Origin: a virus
IMG/VR virus record: IMGVR_UViG_3300013117_000027
Direction: 5' to 3' (one strand)
DNA: 64,000 nt
This document shows positions 38,601 through 46,800 of this stretch, one piece after another. Numbering within the stretch: the first letter of the stretch is position 1; the number at the start of each line of letters is the position of its first letter. The translations under genes and the position numbers were made by a program. Under the pieces are notes generated by a model. That model worked only from the letters and a program-made list of their open reading frames with translations, was not told where the DNA came from and did not search any database.

Positions 38601-39999
38601 ATATCAGAAAGCTTACAACGACGCTAACTATGTATTAAGTACTTATTACGATAAAGGTGAACGTATGGCGCGAGTGTCTAAGTTAGATTCATCTGGTAAA
38701 TTCGTAGTCAATAAAGTGAGGTACGACGCATTAGATTTTGTATCTAACGCTCAAGGTATGGTGCGAGAAACTGGTAAGTTAGGGGGAGCACTAGCTCCTT
38801 TATCTAGTACAGAATTTGTAGCAAGATCTAACCTCCATACATCTACTAAGGCACTAGGTGACCATATAGCAACATCTGCTATGGGAGGATTCTCTAAGAA
38901 TCAGATTGGTCTATGGACTAATACTATACAAAAGAAAGTTCATGAACTATTTATGGCGAACGGTGCTATGGCTACAAAGTCTACTGTCTTAATGGACATG
39001 ATAGGCGATCTTAACCATGGACTAGCTTCTATAGCACAGAGTCCTATTAAAGCTACAAAGCATGGCGATCTAGAATCAGTGATGGATATGACAAAGATGT
39101 TATCATGGATAACAAATCCTACTAAGTCTAGAGTAGAAGATTATAATATGGCTTATAGTACATGGGTAGATCAGTTCCCTGTAGAGAAGCAGGAAGCTAT
39201 GGGAGATATCTTTAGAGTATGGACTAAGAGATCTTCAGTGTTTAGTCTGTTAGATAAATATGATCCAGAAGCAGCTAAGTTTGCTCAACGAGAACAAGGT
39301 ATAATGATGGGTAAACAAGGCACTAACTTTATGGACTACGTATCTTACAAGATGATAGGAGAAAGTAAAGTTCAAGCTAAGTTAGATAATGCGTGGAGAA
39401 TGGCTTACGAGAATGTTATGAATCTTAACGATAAGATGCGTGGCGGTATTAATCCTAAAGATGCACAACAAGCATGGGCTACTAAGTTACAACGTGAACT
39501 AGCAGAGACTTCTTTAGATAAGAGATTTAATGAAGTATTTGGTGATGCTATTACTAAGGCTAAATTTGGAATAAAACGCGGAGGCAAAGGAGCAGCAATC
39601 GCCGGACTAGCATTCCTTGCGCTTAACATGTTTAGACCTAATCAGATGTCTAGTAGTTCTAATCCATTAGATGCCTTTGTAGATCTAGGAATAGATATAC
39701 ATGGTAATAATTCTACTAATGAATTACAGTTAGGAAAAGAAGTACCATTAGATCTTGTTAACGCATCGTTTTCTAAAAAAGCTTTCATAGAAATGCAGAA
39801 TAATAATAGTGCAACTATTAAGAGAGCACAAGGTAATATGGGTATGGACGCTATTAAATCTAGGTACATGACTCCTACAATGGTTCACTCACAGTTTAAT
39901 AGTGGAGGAAGTACTACATATAGTAATCTAACCTCTAACATAGGTATCTTCGGTTCTGGTGAGACGCAAAGAAGAGCACGAAGAATTGGCAGTATATAG
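32677..39999 (+). CDS. Giant protein: putative single-chain two-barrel RNA polymerase-like enzyme fused to a DEDDh exonuclease domain
   Basis: FLDIET / ANGDFD / HSSSVYD exonuclease motifs; beta-like HMGTKSIV...YAIMN...GSMKE; beta'-like VRFP...KADNDVDLMAV. ORF is certain; function is from motif reading. Confidence 0.6.
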   Translation: MSNYDKDKPKPNWYNRVAVGSIGLASIGVVAYKMGGPTGRLLDNIRDELVEKDAADKYLKWSRKSVAPEDVKDLQAKIVTSSRGDTMLAGGPPTDEMMNEAIDKEFKRHQITDDQLFNKAARMEADIEAAFNQDIHGHATDKLMKLKEFRRYHKAPTDAEMRRDMVVSKLKHQTITDYHRTSYVGMEGVPDIDLTDPDIVRDPFAKSEEIDKLHQHYMKNDKVYARKYNKALHASLKEIKISTATSTIANPTLQKNGIFGTNSVPKSMGSVKNMWSSILDIEGANAYTLEPDKSVMLHITGQAGFSSDEIVAKPTSFELKMDNSTRIKYQKYMPQLKRIQGRLEEIQTQLHGRRGSHVISDIQISDQVYSVGSNRQVSYAVVEWDVNVGTTKKHVTIPIPMAENNTVPSIKGINGRLRANVNYVSANPFGLGSRQVVNTTQMAFEELHNSLTSSMMNEMEVDTSKFQRRIVDRISNRIENGVKPLANETRDFFSAHQVKVITNDTIMKRKGESRKGFFKQLRSGGKSLRNMQLIKNNPHEYVTMFLDIETINLMTNSPQLQKGDPFTGIWQYGIVEQDMGTGNIRRVKQIASDHVLNEQYMLIDKHIKDGTLKNALKDNGNTGKNLRSMAEYAQRTVGGSDDLDALLRMREMIKAQANVDNRYVNSLYKNPIRTSNDFARVIDSELRNAQMRAAKEGKKLIIGTANGDFDLSIIGNLLGDSAYASKFDHLDVQTMTRAMTLGLYDQPAMSAENLMPWYASKTGRPGLSMLSLSKDPVGTVKAISTGVTPTAHVGTRRALDMMVNGELSKYGKWAIAAGHSSSVYDNVNALGIMHMQMEFFEKDGFQTARNIEDFVQNASGYDVNKNLKSHLELELGRLPGQQQWFSYGLMSSNAASKKIGSMVHIAHMWPGLSLNPGNKDLHQFARHDMVRKDTIKNPHREYMMKNPLRSNVVTKVEHWMTRVSDFDMRYYANELQFNMAYAVNMTGSKNGLFKTAADTLDFTVHSTTSVRAGDLPADSKLANELTNIYSKITKKVKDLSKTLHGDPNHTISGEMWKEACSLVLAKEGVTLPTFTRDANVPMKVSIGGEDHVFNSQLNGRVTSLRVDGRPGEKGTPGFIADIMFEASGNDLNNAAVNHMGTKSIVTRLNVKSAELAYGKFNVLPDNYAIMNFDFLDKKYWGSMKEMMIRKGLGVSMYNAKHAATAEQRAYAVKSYKRIANLIRGSFPVTQNKDGSVRFGPRNLSEDPKEIMKKMSAIRMNDIVYELGAVGHEASWTRKTMESYYNLRGGGDMWRGRDKIRNEVADLLLGLDSAASKIEKRTQQVMTTADQRTLIKLLDPLGMIEDNLRQRDELVGGSIESHYKTLTRDKQEQLIKGARITPFLQELPDLQGGGSFLGFYGGYQPSAIYNNNAGRDIKYMHDVKWQKSYFEQTHVKDSLFSTRTRRLLRSSMGYRRPGSGGSKQLDVAKKFFRLSEAIQNKGVADLASEHMLTLDNIDAIIHRRTTMKAFERDLESLADNKNTHEIAAISDSLDDMLKDVNKAESINKDAVAHSIFQKTTGERREILETVAKRNNYLHQTEIQEWADLAVKKKDIFFLPSKFKHKDKIYGNERLTITLEDAAEAFNKKVLPTEPLDSNAFLSMLRLVQKGEKYKTLSKTNQQLFDIVDLGNGKHEIHLGGFLMPAHGHVGNIADMMDSQQYGIGTQTTKMSFDMMEGYYMYAKDMIEGRTDNLGAHSTRLFTDQMKMYTHALSMDKMSAMFKSTQTGVMQGFQAVYKSVDTHIASAHQVIQDIASDAPYIKKWFATNKQWTKKDVTGVLNRFTQMKLNTMTAMTSTLFDEKQVAVNFTTGKQEMIADMIQKGTKEFQEMVAEMKLGRRTLPGGVAVRFPMLPNGVNPGFEGPLFAMPDEIGTGLLGMSNNHMYMVEPIGELVKADNDVDLMAVVMKSFSTIEDIDRASSESRYSLNKLMSRLQGGGYQKAYNDANYVLSTYYDKGERMARVSKLDSSGKFVVNKVRYDALDFVSNAQGMVRETGKLGGALAPLSSTEFVARSNLHTSTKALGDHIATSAMGGFSKNQIGLWTNTIQKKVHELFMANGAMATKSTVLMDMIGDLNHGLASIAQSPIKATKHGDLESVMDMTKMLSWITNPTKSRVEDYNMAYSTWVDQFPVEKQEAMGDIFRVWTKRSSVFSLLDKYDPEAAKFAQREQGIMMGKQGTNFMDYVSYKMIGESKVQAKLDNAWRMAYENVMNLNDKMRGGINPKDAQQAWATKLQRELAETSLDKRFNEVFGDAITKAKFGIKRGGKGAAIAGLAFLALNMFRPNQMSSSSNPLDAFVDLGIDIHGNNSTNELQLGKEVPLDLVNASFSKKAFIEMQNNNSATIKRAQGNMGMDAIKSRYMTPTMVHSQFNSGGSTTYSNLTSNIGIFGSGETQRRARRIGSI

Positions 40000-40025
40000 C
40001 TATACTAGATAGGTAAGGAGTATAT

Positions 40026-40202
40026 ATGTTTATAGAAGCTAACATTACAATAGATGTACCCGACGGCGTAGATATTACGCCTATTATACAACAAATAAAA
40101 GCAATACTAAGTCGTACTAACGACATGGATACAGATGTTCACATTATAGAAGTTGATGACCCTATAAGTACTAATCCTGTAAATTTATCAAAGGTTATAT
40201 AG
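40026..40202 (+). CDS. Small hypothetical protein (58 aa), missing from the ORF track
   Basis: AAGGAG at 40015-40020, ATG at 40026, MFIEANITIDVPDGVDITPIIQQIKAILSRTND..., TAG at 40200-40202 abutting the next ATG. Confidence 0.7.
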   Translation: MFIEANITIDVPDGVDITPIIQQIKAILSRTNDMDTDVHIIEVDDPISTNPVNLSKVI

Positions 40203-40871
40203 ATGAAAATGTTCAAACAATGCTCTAAGTGTGGAGAGGTAAAAGAGTTAAGTGAGTTTAATAAAAAGAAAGATGGTAAGTTTGGTGTCCAAACTATGTG
40301 TAGAATGTGTAGAAGAGATTATAGAAAAAGGAACTATAATAAGGAAAAGAACGCATCACAATGTCGTAACTACAGACTTAATAATATTGATAAGTTTAAG
40401 TCTTATGATAAACTTTATTATATAAATAATAAGTCTTTGTGTAATAAAAGATCAAAAGAATACTATGAATCTAATAAAGATAGGTTAAAACTGATGCAAA
40501 AAAATAATAGATCTCATATAAATGCTAGCAGGAAACAACGTTATATCAATGATACTGGATACAGAATAGAATGTAATATAAGAAGTAGAATCTTTGGATC
40601 ATTGAATGGATTAAATAAATTCACATCTACAAGAGAACTAATAGGTTGTACAATAGATGAACTCAAAACGCATCTTCAGTCTACAGCTATTGTTAATGGT
40701 TACAAAGACTTCGATATTAATAGCTACTTAGGACAAGATTATCATATAGATCATGTACGTCCATGTTCATCTTTTAATCTTGAAGACGAAGAAGAACAAC
40801 AAAAGTGTTTCCATTATACTAATCTTCAGATTCTTTCTGCTGAAGAAAACCTTAAAAAAAGTAATAAGTAG
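40203..40871 (+). CDS. HNH homing endonuclease with N-terminal zinc finger
   Basis: CSKC...CRMC at the N-terminus; YHIDHVRPC...CFHYTNLQILSAEENLKKSNK HNH motif at the C-terminus; Lys/Asn-rich. Confidence 0.9.
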   Translation: MKMFKQCSKCGEVKELSEFNKKKDGKFGVQTMCRMCRRDYRKRNYNKEKNASQCRNYRLNNIDKFKSYDKLYYINNKSLCNKRSKEYYESNKDRLKLMQKNNRSHINASRKQRYINDTGYRIECNIRSRIFGSLNGLNKFTSTRELIGCTIDELKTHLQSTAIVNGYKDFDINSYLGQDYHIDHVRPCSSFNLEDEEEQQKCFHYTNLQILSAEENLKKSNK

Positions 40872-40879
40872 GAGACTTC

Positions 40880-43800
40880 ATGGCAGTAGAAAGATATCAT
40901 TTTAATAGTTCAGCAACATCAGACCTATCAGAAGTGTCTTATAACCAATTATCAAAGTATCTTAAGTTAAAGTTACACGAAGTAGAAAAGACTTCTGAGA
41001 AAGAAAGTAATCATACTGTGGTAATGGAAGACCTTAGTCAAGATCCAAATCCTGTATGGTTATCACAGTATAATGTAGAAATTCTAAAAGAGATAAGAAA
41101 GACTTTATTCGAAGATCTTGAGATAACAAAACCGCCTAGTCTTAATAGTGGTAGAGAAACTTTATCGATGCTCGATGCTCCTCTTCCTGGTGATGTACTT
41201 ATTATAAATAAATCAAATCCTGATACTAGTAAACAATACACTATTATTACATCGATTGATAGTGGTGGACGCGTGTATACGTTTCCAGCTACATCAGAAG
41301 TAGATCTACGATATGTTACTCATGTTTATAGATTCGATATTCTCTCAGATGATAATGCAGCAGAGATTATATCTAAGATGAATCAAACAATTGAAGACGC
41401 AGCTATCCTTCCGAAACCGAGAATGTCTGTCGATATAAATGTTCCTGTGTACACAGAAGAACCTCGTGGATTATTACAGATAGGTGATATTAAATTCTTA
41501 ATAGCTCCTACTCAAATGAGTTTTACTACACAGAACGGTTATCAACACTTTCCTACTGTTAGAACTAAAGGTAATCCTAAACTTCCTACGTTAGCAGAGA
41601 CTAAGTCTTTAAATTTTACGTTAATATTCCCTAATACAGAAGCTATTAATAATCAGTTGGTTCCTTTATATGCTATGTTTAAAAGGACTCCGTTCGTGAA
41701 TCTTTATAACAGAGATATATCTGAATTTTACAGTACTATAAGAAATAGAGATACTAAGTATATACCTGTAGCTCTTGAATCTATCACAGTAGAATCTGTT
41801 ACTGGATTTCCTAATACTCTACAAGCTAATATAACTGTCTTACCTTTCCAACACAAAGGTGTAGGAGAAACATTTGAAGCGTTAAAGACATTTGGAGATG
41901 TAAAATCTCAACAATACTTAAAGCGAGATATATCAGAAGGTAGGGTAGTAGAACAAATTGAAGCAAGATTAGAGAACAGAGAAGCTACACCACACTCTAA
42001 CAATATGCTTACAAATGTTATACACTCGTCTGATAACTTCGAGAAAAGTGAACCTTTCAGAGCTTTTTATCAATCGTTAATAGCAGAAAGAAAGTATGTA
42101 GAAAATGACCTAGGTGAGATAGTATATAAAACAGATGGTAGTTCTATCCCTCTTTCTACGTTCAGACCTAAACATATAGAGAATCAGTTACATTACTATT
42201 CGGCTCAGGCTAATAAGAAGAATATGACTTTCACATATGAGTTTATACCTCAGAATCTTAGAGAGTTTTCAGATGATCTTCGTGCATTAAGAAAACAAGA
42301 GATAACTACTCTAGGTAGTGAGACAGCGGAGATGTTAAAGATTATTACTAGTAGAGATTCTAAGTTTAAAAACTTCATGAGAGAAGCGCTTATTAATAGA
42401 CAAACATTCTACGATCAGATAGGAAATCATTTTAAAAAAGCTGAGAGGTATATACATGATTTCTTAGGTTTTCATAGAATTAATATTGATTCAAGTCCTG
42501 GTCCAGAGATTACTAATCTCCTAGAGTTACTACTAGAAGTGGGTGCTCATCAGTTTCCAGTAACCGCATGGGTAACAGGAACAGGAAGAGGAGTAGTATC
42601 TACCACTGCCGATCTTATAAAGAATGTATCAGATGGTAACTATTCACTTGGTAATACAAGTGGAGAAGAATTACTAAATATTTTAAATGGTGTTATGACA
42701 TGGTATGAAGGGCCTGACGAAACACGACGGTTAGGTGCTGTGGATGCTAATACTTTATCGGATATTATATCTGACCAGATATTAGATTATCTTGATGCAG
42801 TATCTGACTCTAAAGAAAACGGTGAGTCTGAAAAAGAAAAGTGGGCACAGTTCTTTGATCGTTTCTTTAAAGCGTTTGTAGATCCATCTATTATAAGAAA
42901 TTTATCTGCAGGTCAAGAGATCGTAGCTTTTAAGACAGAGAGAGATATTATAGAGATAGACAATGTTAACGATGTGGTTAATGGTTGGGGACTACAGTTT
43001 TCTAATAAGCTTGTTCCTATACATCTTAACGGTTTTCAATTTCCTTATTATCAACACGTTGGATGCGATGATGTCAATATCTTTCTTAATATAAAGTCTA
43101 TACAAGGAGGCCGAGATCAAGGTCTTAAAGAGAGACTGTCTTTATTAAATGAAAGATTACATACTACAACAAAGATTGTTACATACAATGCGCCTGAGTT
43201 AATAACTCACTTAGATCCAAGATTAAGTGTTAGTGTACAAGGTAATGATCTTGGACATATATTTAATGTATTCGGTATAAGAAAAGTTGTTTATAATGGT
43301 AGTAATGTATCAAGTGTGGAAGGTAAACCTGATTGTTGGTCTATTAATCTTAATCTTACCCAGGCTAACTTTACTTTAAAAGATTATCAGTCTATCGTAG
43401 TAAAGAAGTCTATATCCGGAATAGAAGATGAGGTCGCTAACTTACTACTTAGATCTAGAATAACTCCAGATGGAGGTATAGAGGTAATAGATTACAAGGT
43501 TAATACTGACAGATTAAAAGATTTAGATTCTGTATCACCTGAAGCTACAAAAGGATTTGTGGGTAAGTACTTTGGAGATTGGGCAAAGTCTATGATACCT
43601 AATAGTACTAAGGATCTAGTTATTCCAAAAGAGTATGTTATAGGTTCTCCAGATAATACTAATATATTCGGAGATGCCTCATTAAGTGGTGAGCAGACAA
43701 GACGTATTAATAATATGATCATGTCTATGACTTTCTATAAACGTTTTATCCAAGAAGCTTATGAACAATGGCGTGGTACACAAAAGGATTCTGAACAAGA

Positions 43801-46800
43801 AGCAGGATTTGAAGTAGATGATAACTTCGATGGTGCTCATAAGAATAGTCCTGATAAAGAGGATAGGAACTCAAGGATAGGTAAAGCTTTACAATATATG
43901 ACCTTATTATTTAATCCTGGATCTAACAATGATAAATGGATAATACAAGAGGTTAAGAATGAATCTGACACGGTTAGACTTAATAAGTCATTAGGTGATC
44001 TAAAGATAAAGACTATATACAAAGGTATTGTAAATGATATGGACAATCTACATTATCAACACGCTGGTGTTTTAATGCAAGGTGCCGAAAGAGCAAGAGG
44101 TTACTGGGAAATACTATGGTATGATCTTAGAAATAATAGTTCAGGTTTTATAGCAGGAACAATATTCGGTGCATTACTATGTTATCTAGCAGGAGCAGGA
44201 ACGTTTGTATGGACTGTATTCACCGGTATAGCAAGCTTACTAGGATTCGGTATACCTGGAGTCAAGACAGGTAAAGAAGCTGCTGTAGCAGCCACGTTTG
44301 ACATTTTATCAGAGTCATTACCTTCATTAATGAACGGTATTAAATCTTCTGTTGTACAAGATATGGTAAATAATATTATTAGAGATCCTGTTGCTAGAAG
44401 AAAGTTCTTTGATAATAAATATGAAGATATTGTCGGTGAGATATATTCTAGCGATGGTATGAACTGTTACGAAGACTTTGATATACCTACAAATTTTCTT
44501 GCTGGTTACACAGATGCTAATAATGATCCATTAGGTATAAAGTTTTCACCAGACTTCTATCTTTTCGATAAAGACTTTACTGGTATAGAAAAGTATTCTT
44601 ATGTTAATCAGTTCATAGACACTACATCTAGGATGGCCAAGCTCGCTTTACAGTTAACTCTTGAAGAAAATAAAGAAGTTATAGAAAAGTTAAAGCAAGT
44701 AGAAGAATTAATATTCGATGCATCAGAACTAGATAGTGTTGTTAAGCGTCAACTTTACGATGAAGTATCAATGACAACAGATGGTGGAACTAATACACAA
44801 ACTAATCAGACTATTGAAAGCGACATAAATAATAAGTTAGAAGAACTCAAGGACGTATATGTTCATCTTGCTCTTGATCAAAGAAATAATAAAGTTAATC
44901 CTGATGCACAGAAATTAAACCTAATGAGATCTGCTAGGAATAAGAGAGTATTAGAGTTAAAAGTTATTCAAACAGCTATCAATCTCGCTCTTGCTGGATC
45001 AAAATTAGACACAGATCATGGTAAAGATAAGTATTCAGGAACTAATCAACCAGCTTATTTATCAGACGACAAATCGTTGATAAGTGATACAAGGCTAAGA
45101 AGTTCCTTAGAAGGCGCGTCGTATCAACAACTAAGGAAGATGGCAGATCTTATAAGAAAATACTTTAGACATTATACTAACGAAGAACAAATGAAACACG
45201 AAGAAGTTATCAATAAAGATACACCAAGTATACGTTTTTTCGAAGAGACTGTATACACTCTTGTTACACAGTTAATAATCTTAGGAGATGCTATAGCTGA
45301 GTTCGAATCTGGTAATCTTACTGTTACGTCATTATTAACCGACATACCTGAGATGGGATTACTAGATTGGTATAACTGGAGAAATATAGATGATATCAAT
45401 GATAAGAAAATATCTTTAATGAGTGACTTCTTAGAAGAAGACACTAATAGAACTCGTGGGTATAACCAAAAAATGTTTCCTACATTTAAGGTATTCTTTG
45501 TAGAAGAAGATGGTAAGACTATAAGCGTAGATGACTACTACGCTTATAACGCTGTACAGTCTATAGACATTATTAAGAATAAGTATTCAGCATCTTCTAC
45601 CGCTGTTATAAAATTAGGTAACGTATACGGTAATCTTACTAATAAGATATCTTTAATGAAAGAATCTGATCAGATTCTAGACATACTTCTTAACCAAAGA
45701 GATAATAGAATATTCTTAGGAAGTCTAGATATTAAGCCAGGTGTTAAGATAATAGTAAAAATGGGATACGGAGCTAATGATAGAGATCTTAAGATAGTTT
45801 TTATCGGTAAGGTAGTAGAGATGAGTGCTGGTCCTATCACTGAGTTAGTAGCTCAATCTTACGGTGCACAATTATCACATGAGATTACTAAGATGCACTT
45901 TGGAGTTCTTAACTCTAGAAAAGAACATGGAGATATAGCATCAGCTGTTTTAGACGCTATACCATCATTAGATGGTCTAGGTAAACCATCACTCTTAGGA
46001 TTAAATCCAGTTAATTATAGTGGAAGACGTAGCGCTTTCTATGATGGAACATTGTTTGATAGATTCTTAATGTCTAATATAACTACAAGAGTTAATACCA
46101 CGTTGTTTCAAGAAGATAATCCTAGAGATGAGAACATATACCTTCCGGTGGATCTGATACCTGATATTACAAAGAACGTTACATTCGACTGGATAGTTTA
46201 TAATCAAACAGTATGGCAAGCTTTACATGAGTTAAGTCTTTATCACGATAATACTATTCCTATTATAAGACCTTATAATGATGGTATGTTCTCTACGTTG
46301 GATGACGCAAGAGAAACTATTGTAGTAGGTAAGAAGAGTGGGTGGTATAAACACACAGATGCATTCAGATATACTACAAGAGATATCGATAAACTAGGTA
46401 ACCTTATAGATGATTGGAACACTAAGTACTGGAAGTTCTTAATGGAATTAAGACAGAAGATACAGAAAACTAGAACTTTACTAATAGATGCACCATCTGG
46501 CCAAGCAGCTCCAAAAGATGTAATTCTTGCCGAGTACCTTGTTCAAGAAGGATTAATGAAGAAGGAAGTTCAAGAAGTAAGGAAGACTGGTATTGATGTT
46601 ACTGTTACTATTACTAATTACTATCCAAGAGGCAAGTTAAAGAATTTACTTGTAGGTCTGTCTAGTAAACAGTTAGCTCTCGTAGTTACTAAAGCTATAG
46701 AAGATAATGCTCCTCAGGTAGACACTAGAAATCTTGGTACTATGCAATTACTCGTAGACACTGTAGCTAGAGTTGTTCCAGGTATATGGGAAACTACAGC

